From Raja brachyura (taxonomy: Eukaryota), in contig OY740794.1 of assembly GCA_963514005.1 (NCBI GenBank), forward strand, positions 38,316,001-38,380,000: 64,000 nt of DNA, in the 5' to 3' direction. The translations under genes and the position numbers were made by a program. This document shows, piece by piece, positions 28,936 to 40,764 of the stretch; positions within the stretch are counted from its first letter, which is position 1, and every line of letters begins with the position of its first letter. Below the pieces are notes generated by a model. That model was not told the origin of the DNA, searched no databases, and worked only from the letters and a program-made list of their open reading frames with translations.

Positions 28936-29024
28936 TATATTTAAGAGGGAGTTAGATGTGGCCCTTGTGGCTAAAGGGATCATGGGGTATGGAGAGAAGG
29001 CAGGTACAGGATACTGATTTGGAT
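28936..29024 (+). mobile_element. 5' half of a short + strand CR1 3'-end copy, split by the antisense LINE
   Basis: atttaagagggagttagatg...caggtacaggatactgatttggat is the inverse of about 29115-29200, with a few mismatches. Confidence 0.85.
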
Positions 29025-31591
29025 AGAAACATAGAAACATAGAAATTAGGTGCAGGAATAGGCCATTCGGCCCTTCGAGCCTGCACCGCCATTCAATATG
29101 ATCATGGCTGATCATCCAACTCAGTATCCCGTACCTGCCTTCTCTCCATACCCTCTAATCCCCTTAGCCACAAGGGCCACATCTAACTCCCTCTTAAATA
29201 TATCCAATGAACTGGCCTCAACTACCCTCTGTGGCAGAGAGTTCCAGAAACCCACCACTCTCTGTGTGAAAAAATTCCTTCTCATCTCGGTCCTAAAGGA
29301 TTTCCTCCTTATCCTTAAGCTGTGACCCCTTGTCCTGGACCTCCCCAACATCGGGAACAATCTTCCTGCATCTAGCCTGTCCAACCCCTTAAGAATCTTG
29401 TAAGTTTCTATAAGATCCCCTCTCAATCTCCTAAATTCTAGAGAGTATAAACCGAGTCTATGCAGTCTTTGTTCATAAGACAGTCTGACATCCCAGGAAT
29501 CAGTCTGGTGAACCTTCGCTGCACTCCCTCTATGGCAATAATGTCCTTCCTCAGATTTGGAGACCAGAACTGTACGCAATACTCCAGGTGTGGCCTCACC
29601 AAGACCCTATACAACTGAAGTAGAACCTCCCTGCTCCTATACTCAAATCCTTTTGCTATGAAAGCTAACATACCATTGGCTTTCTTCACTGCCTGCTGTA
29701 CCTGCATGCCTACTTTCAATGACTGGTGTACCATGACACCCAGGTCGCGCTGCATCTCCCCTTTTCCTAATCGGCCACCATTTAGATAGTAGTCGGTTTT
29801 CCTATTTTTGCCACCAAAGTGGATAACCTCACATTTATCCACATTATACTGCATCTGCCAAACATTTGCCCACTCACCCAGCCTATCCAAGTCACCTTGC
29901 ATTCTCCTAGCATCATCCTCACAGCTAACACTGCCACCCAGCTTAGTGTCATCCGCAAACTTGGAGATATTGCCTTCAATTCCCTCATCCAGATCATTTA
30001 TGTATATTGTAAATAGCTGGGGTCCCAGCACTGAGCCTTGCGGTACCCCACTAGTCACTGCCTGCCATTGTGAAAACGACCCGTTAACTCCTACTCTTTG
30101 CTTCCTGTTTGCCAGCCAGTTCTCTATCCACATCAATACTGAACCCCCAATGCCATATGCTTTAAGTTTATATACTAATCGCTTATGTGGGACCTTGTCG
30201 AAAGCCTTCTGGAAGTCCAGATACAGCACATCCACTGGTTCTCCCCCATCCACGCTACTAGTTACATCCTCGAAAAATTCCACAAGATTCGTCAGACATG
30301 ATTTACCTTTCGTAAATCCATGCTGACTTTGTCCAATGATTTCACCACTTTCCAAATGTGCTGCTATCCCATCTTTAATAACTGACTCTAGCAGTTTCCC
30401 CACTACCGATGTTAGACTAACTGGTCTGTAATTCCCCGTTTTCTCTCTCCCCCCCTTCTTAAAAAGAGGGGTTACGTTTGCTACCCGCCAATCCTCAGGA
30501 ACTACTCCAGAATCTAAAGAGTTTTGAAAGATTATCACTAATGCATCCACTATTTCCGGAGCTACTTCCTTAAGTACTCTGGGATGCAGCCTATCTGGCC
30601 CTGGGGATTTATCGGCCTTTAATCCATTCAATTTACCCAACACCACTTCCCGACTGACCTGGATTTCACTCAAGTACTCCTTTGACCTGCGGTCCCCTGC
30701 TATTTCCGGCAGATTATTTATGTCTTCCTTAGTGAAGACGGAACCAAAGTAGTTATTCAATTGGTCCGCCATATCCTTGTTCCCCATGATCAACTCACCT
30801 GTTTCTGACTGCAAGGGACCTACATTTGTTTTAACTAATCTCTTTCTCTTCACATATCTATAAAAACTTTTGCAGTCAGTTTTTATGTTCTCTGCCAGTT
30901 TTCTTTCATAATCTATTTTTCCTTTCCTAATCAAGCCCTTTGTCCTTCTCTGCTGGTCTCTGAATTTCTCCCAGTCCTCTGCTATGCTGCTTTTTCTGGC
31001 TACTTTGTACGCATCATCCTTTGCTTTGATACTATCCCTGATTTCCCTTGTTATCCACGGATGCACTACCTTCCCTGATCTATTCTTTTGCCAAATTGGG
31101 ATGAACAATTTTTGTAGTTCATCCATGCAGTCTTTAAATGTCTTCCATTGCGTATCCACCGTCAACCCTTTTAGAATTGATTGCCAGTCAATCTTGGCCA
31201 ATTCACGTCTCATACCCTCAAAGTTACCTTTCCTTAAGTTCAGAACCATTGTTTCTGAATTAACAATGTCACTCTCCATCCTAATGAAGAACTCGACCAT
31301 ATTATGGTCACTCTTGCCCAAGGGGGCACGCACAATAAGACTGCTAACTAACCCTTCCTCATTACTCAATACCCAGTCTAAAATAGCCTGCTCTCTCGTT
31401 GGTTCCTCTACATGTTGATTTAGATAACTATCCCTCATACTTTCCAAAAAATCCTCTTCCTCAGCGCCCCTGCCAATTTGATTCACCCAATCTATATGTA
31501 GATTGAAGTCACCCATTATAACTGTTTTGCCTTTGTCGCACGCATTTCTAATTTCCTGTTTTATACCATCCCCAACTTCACTACTACTGTT
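29023..31591 (-). mobile_element. CR1-clade LINE, 5'-truncated (~2.6 kb): APE endonuclease C-terminus, RT, 3' UTR and (TTTCTATG)n tail
   Basis: ORF 29438..31612 has GDFN, ILD, SDH, GNYRPVSLTS, YLDFQKAFDKV, GVPQGSVLGP and FADD. One frameshift near 29485 leads into the 29121..29579 frame (C-terminus GYGEKAGTGY). Confidence 0.95.
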
Positions 31592-31592
31592 A

Positions 31593-31680
31593 GGATGATC
31601 AGCCATGATCATATTGAATGGTGGTGCAGGCTCAAAGGGCCGAATAGCCTACTCCTGCACCTATTTTCTATGTTTCTATT
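31593..31680 (+). mobile_element. 3' half of the split CR1 3'-end copy, with tail
   Basis: ggatgatcagccatgatcatattgaatgg...ttttctatgtttcta continues where the 28936-29024 piece stops. Confidence 0.85.
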
Positions 31681-32170
31681 ATTCTTATGTGTACTGAGAT
31701 ACAGTGAAATTATTTGTTTATGTGCTGTCCAGTCAAATCATACTATACACAAGTGCAATCAGGTCCAACAAGTAATGCAAAGAGAAAAAAATACCAGAGT
31801 TTACTGGTAGAGAATATAGTGTTACAGCATTATAGCATTACAGTTACAGAGAAAATGCAGATAACAAAAAAAGTACAGGGTCCACAGTGTGGCAGATTAG
31901 GAGATTGGGACCACGTCTTTAGCTGATCTAAAGGACCATTCGGTCTGATAACAGTGGGGAAGAAGCTGTTCCTGAATCTGGTGGTATGCACTTTCAGGCG
32001 TTTGTATCTTCTGCCCACCAGGGGAAGGAAGAAGAGGGAATGACCCGGGTAAACATGGTCCTTGATTATGTTGGCTGCTGTCCCAAGGCCGCATGAAATA
32101 CAGGTAGAATCAATGAGAGGATATTGGTTTGTGCGATAGACTGCACTGCATCAACAACTCTGCAATTGCT
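31670..32170 (-). mobile_element. Rex1/Babar- or L2-type LINE 3' fragment
   Basis: GRRYKRLKVHTTRFRNSFFPTVIR C-terminal motif. Confidence 0.7.
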
Positions 32171-33335
32171 ATCAGGCCACAAGTGGCCATGACTATCTCA
32201 TTTCAAGATTACATACTGAGAACGTAACTACTTTTCAACAAAATCCAGTAGGAATCATCAATAGTTCAGGTAATGTTGGAGAAAAGAGGCACACCAATAA
32301 TATTTCAGATCAATAACCTTTCATCTGGATGGGAAATGAGGAAGGTTTAGCACTTAGCAACAACATTAAGTGAACTGGATAAAGGTGTTTTGCTTGACTT
32401 TTATAAGTAGTTCTAAACTTCCTCACAATCCTGAGCAGAATATGGCCAGATCTGTTGAATGAGTAATTTCCTTCTGATCTTTCATTTATATCCTCTTCCC
32501 ACCCATTACAGTTTGTCATGTCTCTTCTTCACACAGTCAGTCTTATTGCCATCTAGGTTTTGGTCCTCCCCTCTTGCTCCAGCTAAGCTCCATATACGTA
32601 GTTAGTGGGGAGGCCACATCAGGCTCCTCCACTTCCATCTCATCCATGTTAGCCTGATCCCTGCTGCAGTATTGGACCCACTGATAAATCAGTGAAAAGT
32701 GTACTCATGGTGTTAATGAACAGAAATCTGAGAGCAGTGAATGAGGTGAACAGTGAATGGTGAGAGCAATTGTGTTTTTTTGTACTGTGGGTAAAATGAG
32801 GAAAAATCCATTGACAAATTTAGCCTTGCAGTCAAGTAAATACGAATTGGACCAGGGGCAATAAGAACTGATGACCTTGACTACTTTTATAGACACAACT
32901 GTGTTGTATTTTACATATTAGACCATGCAGCACAGAGCTTTCCCCAGTGGAAGCATAAATTACATTTTAAAATGCTGTTGAATTTTATGTTCCTAACGTA
33001 ATCTGACACATGTTATCAAGGCCAGGTGTTGTAAGGGGAGTGTGTAATTCTATGATTTTTATTAAATCAGTAGTATTGTACTTTCAAACTGTGATTAAAT
33101 CATTTTGTGATGGAAACATCCAAAAGGACAGTAACACAGATCAACTCCAGTTATTTATTCCAGGTTATAACTGCATCAAAGAGAAGTATTTTCTTTTGTG
33201 ACAATAACAACTTACATGTTCATGTATTCATCTCCCCCACTTCCCATTCCTTTTGAGTAGAGGACTTCCTTGACCAGTTGGAGATTTGTCAAAGGATGTT
33301 TGGGACTCAGGGATTTTATTTTCTGTTTTTGATAG

Positions 33336-33420
33336 GGAATCCAAAGAAGGATAACAGTTACTATTGTGCACGAGACAGGAAGTGATATACATTGGAAGGA
33401 AGTACGAGAACTGGTTGTTG
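33336..33420 (+). CDS. KIF1A: KIF1A exon [28 protein letters not shown](G), 85 nt
   Basis: tttgatag|GGA acceptor; GTTG|gtaagt donor. Confidence 0.95.
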
Positions 33421-34146
33421 GTAAGTAGGGAAGAAACCAATTACCGGTAAGGTCATTATCTAAATTTCATGTAATTCAGCTCATTGATGGGCAAGTTATC
33501 TAGGTGGCTCTGCATATCTAAAGATATAGTCTTTGGATTCCAAAGTCCCAAAAACTCATACATAATGAAGGCAGCTTGCGCTAAAGAGCATATTTAATAC
33601 AAAAAAGCATACCAAGGAACTTTGAAGAACCATCCTCAGACAAAAGTTGGCATCAAAGAAGGGGACATAATGCGAGGTGACTGAAGATGTTAATTGCACA
33701 CTGCTGTCCAGTCTCCTGCCACAGCAAGGACACTTAGCTGCCTCTTCAACTACTCTTGCCAGAAAGATCATATGTCATCAGCATTGGTCATTGGGGCAGT
33801 AATTAATGTTGCAAAACATAGTGGACAACGCCGTTCCCATCATTCAAAAGAACACCCTTCATAAACCACAAATGCACAATCACATTTTTGCAAAGTTGAT
33901 TTGATTTGTTGTCTCAAATTGATATCACAAACATACCTAAAATCATCAGAGACCACACTGCAGATTTTACTTCGGAGTCATGTGAGTGACTACGTGAAGA
34001 CCCCGCCAGCACACATGCGCGACATATCGTCGAACACATTACGAAGCGACAGGCACCAGCATAAGTTTAAAAACGGCCTGCAGGTAAGTACTTACCAGTC
34101 CTGAGGTCGTTTGTCGGCTCTGTATTGTTGTTTTTCAGAGCGCACC

Positions 34147-35385
34147 ATGGAGTCCCGGACAAAGTCCAAAAGAGCAGCTGCCAAAGTTGCTGCTGAGGAC
34201 CGCGAAGGACGCAGCCAGCAGCGGTCGAGTTCTCCTGAGCTGCTGGTTCAATCCGCAGCCCCCGACTTCACGCCGCTACAGCCCGCAGGTGCTCCTCGGA
34301 CTGGCGGCAAAACCACCCAGAAGTCGGGCAGGTCCGCTGACTCGGCTGAGTCCGGACCGGAGGACACCCCACTCGTGGGAAGCGACTGCGGTTGACTGTC
34401 CCGCATGGAGCGGATGGTGGAGCAGTTGCTCCAACGTGACCTACTGCAGCAGGGGTATGGTCACAGTGGGTCTCTTAGCAGATCCACGGCAGCATCCTTT
34501 TCAGGACTGCCAAATGTCTCACCCTCCTTGCAGGGGAGCATTAGGAGTCAGAACTGGGCTGACTCTGAAGAAGGGGGCATGGCTGAAGATACATCCATGC
34601 TAGGGGTGCCTGAAGAGGAGCTATTGGGTATGGTCACAAAATTTGCGATGCCTACCCAAAAAGGGTTGCTGTTACATCCAAAGTTGGCAGCCAGTATCAA
34701 TTACATGGCAACTAACCAACTGCAAGAGCAAGCCATGAATGACACGGCAGCAAAGTACTTAGCTCTGGAGAATTGCGTCTCCCTCAATGTGCCTGTTGTT
34801 AACAAACCCATTTGGGATAACATGAGCCCTGCCATCAGGAGCCAGGAAGTCAAACTCCAGAAGATCCTCAAACTACTGGCTGCTGGGATTACGGCCGTTG
34901 CCAGGACAGTGGATGGAGTTGAAATGCCAGAGGAGCTGCAGGACGCACTATCTCTCCTATGTAACACTCAATATGAGATCAACAGTTACAGGAAGAGCAT
35001 CATCCGGCCTGCACTCAACCCCAAGTTCACGGGGCTGTGCAGACCCAGCAGTGCACAGCCGCCAACATTGCTATTTGGGGACAACCTGCCTAAACAGGTC
35101 AAAGACCTCGATGAAGAGGCAAAGGCAATTGGCATGATTAAGGTGTCAGCTGCCACCAAGTCCCCATACCAGCGGCGGCAGCACCCCTATGCATCCACCA
35201 GCAGACAATGCTACAGCGATAGACCACCTGCTGGTGAAAGCTCGAAGGCCAGTCAACCTGCTCAACGGTCTTTTTTAGACCATGGCCTAGCACGGCCTTC
35301 TTGGAAGATGTGCCAACCCCACACCACAGCGCCTCCACATCACAAGAAACAAGGACAGAGGCAACCAATGCAGCACCGCCGGTAA
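34147..35385 (+). pseudogene. DIRS gag-like ORF1 with one in-frame TGA (34393-34395)
   Basis: ORFs 34111..34395 and 34405..35385 share a frame. LNVPVVNKPIW and LLFGDNL motifs are typical of DIRS ORF1. Confidence 0.75.
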
Positions 35386-35387
35386 AC

Positions 35388-37323
35388 ATGGAGGTAGGTG
35401 GGTCTGGTTGCCTCAGGAACATTGCATGTTTAGACTCCTCACGGGTTGGGGGACAGTTGCACTTGTTTCAGGATGCATGGAGCACTTTAACTACTGATCC
35501 TTTCATACTGGAAAGTATTCAGGGATATAAAATTGAATTTGTTCACAAACTCCCTTCCCCTGTTCAGCATACACCTAGTCGGAAGTTTGTACTTTCACAG
35601 AAAGAAAAGACAGAACATCATGCTGAACTCTTAAGACTAAATTCAAAAGGGGTAATTGAGAAAACCAAAAGAGAGTCTCATGACTGTGTATCGAACATTT
35701 TCATTAAAAATAAAAAAGGACGGCGGATGCCGCATCATTATAGATTTGACTGAACTAAATACTTTCGTGCAGTATGCCCATTTCAAAATGGAAACCTTTG
35801 TCACGGCCAAACAGCTAATTTCCAATAGGTACTTCATGGCTTGCATCGATCTAAAGGATGCATACTATTCAGTACCAATAGACAAGGATCATCACAGATA
35901 TTTGAAATTTGTCTGGATGGGGCAGCTCTGGCAGTACAAAGCACTGCCTAATGGATTATCATCAGCGCCCAGACTGTTTACCAAATTATTAAAACCAGCT
36001 TTAGCGTGTCTCAGGAAACAAAAACATATTGTTATGGCTTACCTCGATGATATTTTAATCGTGGGGAAAACTTTGGAGTTGGCCAAACTGGCCGTCTCAG
36101 CCACCGAGCACCTATTTCAAAAGCTGGGATTTATCATTCATCCAGATAAATCAAAATTGATGCCTTCTACCACACTGGACTATTTGGGTTTCACAATTGA
36201 CTCTGTTCATATGTCTGTCACTTTGCCACCGAACAAAGCGTCAGACTTGATAGAAGCTGCAACAGCCTTACTGGCATCAGGAAACCATCAATTCGGCAAG
36301 TAGCCAGGGTGATTGGGAAGCTTGTGGCTGCTTTCCCAGCCACACAATTTGGCCCACTACATTACCAAAACCTACAAAGGGCAAAAATAGCAACACTCAA
36401 GCACTTTGCGGGCCATTTTGACAGGCCGATGCAATTACCAGGGAAAGCGAAATTGGAATTACAATGGTGGATAGACAATGCTCAACATTGCTCTAACCCC
36501 ATCACAATCACAAATCCCTCGGTTATACTACAACCTGATGCCAGCGCAAAATGTTGGGGAGCAACTAATACCACCTCCAGTTGTGGTGGTAGATGGAGTG
36601 CACATGAATTAACCCTACTTCCAGCACTAGGAATTAATTATCTAGAAATGCTGGGAGCATTTCATGGACTCCGGGCTTACTGTTCGGACATGCACCATCT
36701 GCACGTACGTTTACAGATTGATAATACCACTGTGGTGGCTTATATCAATCATATGGGTGGAATAAAGTCGATATCCTGTGACGAATTGGTCAATACAATC
36801 TGGCACTGGTGCCTAGAAAGGAACATTTGGATATCAGCCACTTACCTTCCAGGTAGGCTAAATACAGTGGCGGACACCAGGTCACGCAGATTTAATGACA
36901 ACACCGAATGGATGTTGGACCGCAAAGTGTTTGCTGACATTGTAGATCGGTATGGAACACCAGATATCGACCTTTTTGCATCCAGACTCAATCACCAAAT
37001 ATCAACATATATTGCATGGGAACCAGACCCCGGGGCAGTAGCGATGGACGCTTTCTCGCTCCACTGGGGGGATTTGTTTTTCTATGCATTTCCCCCCCTT
37101 CTGCCTCATCAGTCGGGTCTTGCAAAAAATTAAACAAGACTCCGCATCGGGTATTCTCGTTGTGCCCGACTGGCCTACTCAACCATGGTTCCCTGTGGTA
37201 CTGGACATGGCCTCAGAACCATGCATCCCAATAAATAAACGGCCGAGTTTATTGGTACACCCTGTGACAGGGGAGAGTCACCCATGCCGTGACCGGATAA
37301 ACCTATTGGTTTGCAGGGTTTGA
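35388..37323 (+). pseudogene. DIRS pol: reverse transcriptase, RNase H and DNA adenine methyltransferase-like domain; three frameshifts
   Basis: VGGQL..W..GYKIEF; KKDGGCRIIIDL; HFKME; IDLKDAYYSVPI; LPNGLSSAPRLFTK; YLDD; DAS..WG, INYLE, DNTT (RNase H); DLFAS, DAF, YAFPPF, PDWPTQPW (MT-like). Shifts near 35712-35717 (A run), about 36260-36300, and 37092-37098 (C run). Confidence 0.9.
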
Positions 37324-37329
37324 AAAGGC

Positions 37330-38283
37330 CACTTCAGGATTATGGACTCTAGGACCGAACAATCAATGTCATCACAGCATCGTGCAGGGAGTCGACCAGA
37401 AGACAGTACCTCACTTACGTGAAGAAATGGGAGGCGTTCTGCACCAAAACGAACACCACATATGACACAGCCACTATCAGGGAAGTGCTGGAGTTCCTGG
37501 CAAGCCTTCATTTCGATGAAGGTTTGAGCTACAGTGCCATCAACTGTGCCAGAAGTGCCCTATCCATTTATCTCGGGCGAAGTTGCGATCACCTTACAGT
37601 GGGGTCTCACCCTTTGGTGTCAAAACTAATGAGGGGAATATTTAATTCAAATCCCCCCAGGCCTAGATATTCCCAGACCTGGGATATCGGCATTGTACTA
37701 ACCATGCTCCGAGGGTGGGCACCAATATCGTCTCTTTCATTGGACAAACTGACCTACAAAATGGTCATGCTGACGGCGCAACGGGTCCAGTCCCTACATA
37801 TGTTAAGTATGGACGCCATGGCAATAACCAACAGCAAGGTAACTTTCTTTATACAGGAGTTACTCAAGCAAGACAGGCCTGGATCATCTGGCCAAAAGTT
37901 GGATTTCCTGGCCTATCCCGTAGACTGCCGTCTATGAATCGTGACCCACATTTTACGCTACATTGAGGTCACCAAGAGTCTCAGGGGCATGGAGAGGGCT
38001 TTGCTTATAAGCCACAAACGCCCTCATCATAGAGTCACCGTGCAAACCATATCAAGATGGTTGAGGGTGGTATTGGGTGCAGCGGGGGTGGACACTAACG
38101 TGTTTAAATCTCACTCCACCAAGGCTGCATCCACATCGGCGGCAAGGATGATGGAAGTTCCAATCGACCACATCCTTGCAACGGCGGGTTGGACAAATGA
38201 AAAAATCTTTCAGCGGTTTTACAATAAACCCCGTGGCCACACCTGAGACGTTTGCTGACAAAATATTAAGTTCTGTTTTATAA
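37330..38283 (+). pseudogene. DIRS tyrosine recombinase (N-terminal core-binding and catalytic domains), disrupted
   Basis: GLSYSAINCARSALS, HPLV..LMRG, PRY..TWD, AQRVQ, HSTK (canonical HSTR), AGW, F.RFY. In-frame TGA at 37935-37937 and probable frameshift near 38230. Start coordinate is approximate. Confidence 0.88.
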
Positions 38284-38447
38284 TTTCTGTGTAGGGGTAT
38301 TATTATTTGGTATTGTGAAATAAATACCTTTTTGTTTTTCAGCACAGTTTCATGTCTGAAATACGTTAACATACTTCCTCCATTTCTCATAATGGCAGTG
38401 TGTGAGCATGGATTAGTTCCAGGGCATGAAATCACAGAGCTTTGAAA

Positions 38448-38557
38448 TCGTCACGTAGTCGCTCACGTGATTCCAAAGTAAAATAGTAAGATTAAATGAG
38501 AACTTACCAGTTTGAAGTTTGATCTTTATTTTATGAGGAGTTACGATGAGGGATTAC
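38448..38557. repeat. DIRS internal complementary region (ICR)
   Basis: 38451-38484 is the reverse complement of the left terminus 33964-33997 (30/34). 38481-38557 is the reverse complement of the right terminus 38695-38771 (75/77). Confidence 0.92.
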
Positions 38558-38661
38558 ATGCCCTCCGCTCCCAAAACTTCTATTATAAAGGTCAACTGGT
38601 TCTCTTATCTTACTATGTTAGTCAACTCTGGTATCTGCGATTTCACACCGCTGCTTTGAAG

Positions 38662-38771
38662 AATGTCACGCATGCGTGCCGTCGGGGTCTTCAAGTAATC
38701 CCTCATCGTTACTCCTCATAAAATAAAGATCAAACTTCAAACTGGTAAGTTCTCAGTTAATCTTACTATTT
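38662..38771. repeat. DIRS right ITR plus 3' extension
   Basis: atgtcacgcatgcgtgccgtcggggtcttca is an imperfect reverse complement of 33995-34025, followed by an extension complementary to the ICR. Confidence 0.88.
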
Positions 38772-39378
38772 ATTATCCATGCAGAGAAATGCTTAATGCA
38801 TTTAGCAAGTAAGTTTCCAATTAATTCATCCATCCAACTTTCTGTCAACTACATGACAGAATTTCTTGACCAATCTGTTTTCCTGTTTTGTTGGGTAAGG
38901 ATAAATATTGGTCAGGACACCAGGCAGACTTCCTGTGCACATCTCAGATCCAGAGTCGTGTGATTTTTAGTATGCATCTGAGGGGTATGATGGCGGAAGT
39001 CAGATCTTTGTTTGTCACTTCACTTGATGAAGGGCATTTCCACTGGTGCAGCACTCTCTCCAATGAACTAGATTACATGTCCAAATCAATGTAATGAGAC
39101 TTGGCCCTACATCAATAGAGCCTGAGCTGCAGGTACAGCCTCTGGAGCACTGCAGAGAAATCCAATGGAATAGCTGACCTTAACCACCTGAGTTTACATA
39201 CTGTGTCAATATATCCGATGGAATAACTATAAAGAGAAGTGACAAACATAAATTTAATCAGATGTAGGCTCATAAAGTAACAGCAGATCCTCCACTGCAC
39301 AATGTAATTGATGCAGGTGTGGGATGGGATGTGCTTTTGCTGCCCTTGTTAACCAGATGCATATTGTCTCTTCCATAG

Positions 39379-39484
39379 GTCGGATCCGGAACACACCAGA
39401 GTCTGATGATTCTATCATCGATCCCAACATCCTGTCCTTGAATATTCTAACGGCAGGCCACACACATCCATCCCTGGAGGATAG
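39379..39484 (+). CDS. KIF1A: KIF1A exon [34 protein letters not shown](R), 106 nt
   Basis: ttccatag|GT acceptor; GATAG|gtaggt donor. Confidence 0.95.
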
Positions 39485-40599
39485 GTAGGTTAGACACTGA
39501 ACATTCGGCATGAGAGTCCTTTGAGCCTAGTTTGAAGCTGCCAGCGTTTAACACACGGCAAACTAATTTTCACGTTGCTTCTCTTAGATTCCCAGTGCTC
39601 TCACTGATGGCCTTCCCCCTAACACCCCACATCTCTACCTGTGCCTCTTTATTTTCCTGTGCAGGCTGCTCATTCAGTTTAGAAGTGCCCTGTTTAAGCC
39701 ACCTCATTTGATAATTCTTGATAATTCTGACTGCTCCTCTATAAGTTACAACATAAGTTTAATTGAGTAAAGTGTTCTCTAATGTGTAAAGCATTCCCGG
39801 GATTAAAAACAGAAACTGGCTTCTTGGACAGTCGGATCGTCTCAGGTACTGGATAGATCAGAATCAGGAGATACTACAGGCAGGTACATGATAGTTGGAT
39901 ACTGACTAAACCTCTCGCTAGTATCACATCCAGATCATTTCCATATTAGATTCAACGCAATATAGAGAGCAAACTCCTTCTAACGTTTCCCTATTAAACA
40001 TTACCACTTCAGTTGTATCACGAATTAGATATAATGAAAGCTCCATACCCAACCCATGCTGTTGCTGACCTGAGATTGATGGAACAGGAATCTGATTCCA
40101 TTTAACGCCAAGTTCTTTAGTAAAGTGAACATTGCACACACAAAGTTCAAATAATGGAAAATCACTCAATATTACTTAATACAAAAAAATTATTGGCACC
40201 TTCAAACCATTATTTAATCTAAACCATTAATGTCTTTGCTTTATGAATTTACCTTAGCTTATTGATTGCAATTTAGTAGATGATTAGAATGGCTTATCTT
40301 TCTCAGCATGTAGTGGATTGGTGGCTTCTCAGTGTTTCCTTTGCAAAATTGTACAGTGCTTAATATTCTTTGGTGATGGTTAAAAAAGCAGAACAATTAT
40401 TTGACAATTAATCAGACCAAATGTGATTGAGAGCCAGTTTATCAGGCCAGGCAGCAGATTTAATTATAAATCCCATGAATTCTGTCACCCGTTGCAGGGT
40501 GCATATTCCCCTATACTATAACCGCCCCAGGAAAACAACAGGACCTCAAAGCAATCAACTCATCTCTCCTTGTGTTGTCTCAAAGTATTTGAAACTGGC

Positions 40600-40752
40600 A
40601 CAGTGCCTGCGATGCATCATGAAGTAACATCTGTGCCTGAGGGGCACCATGATATTACACATGTACCTGAGGTTCACCATCATGTTACACGTGTACCTGC
40701 AGTGCATTATCATGTTACACGTGACCCTGTGGTGCAATATCATGTCACACGT
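40600..40752. repeat. Minisatellite, 30-bp unit x5
   Basis: Consensus approximately acgtgtacctgcagtgcatcatcatgttac. Confidence 0.85.
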
Positions 40753-40764
40753 CCAAAATGCCAA

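Larger units (their letters stand above)
33964..38771 (+). mobile_element. Full-length DIRS1-like tyrosine-recombinase retrotransposon (~4.8 kb), coding-defective
   Basis: gag-like, RT (YLDD), RNase H, MT-like and YR coding regions in DIRS order; non-identical inverted termini; internal complementary region; ATTT at both junctions. Confidence 0.93.

Noticed and set aside
29808-31418. + strand ORFs of 172 and 144 aa
   Set aside because: Antisense shadows of the CR1 ORF2.
31592-31612. ATG start of the 724-aa LINE ORF
   Set aside because: MIMADHP comes from the antisense of the flanking split CR1 copy. The LINE is 5'-truncated within the endonuclease and has no native start.
36900-38283. Prophage or bacterial contamination (integrase plus Dam-like methylase)
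   Set aside because: Both domains are normal parts of DIRS retrotransposons and lie within ITR/ICR termini inside a vertebrate intron.
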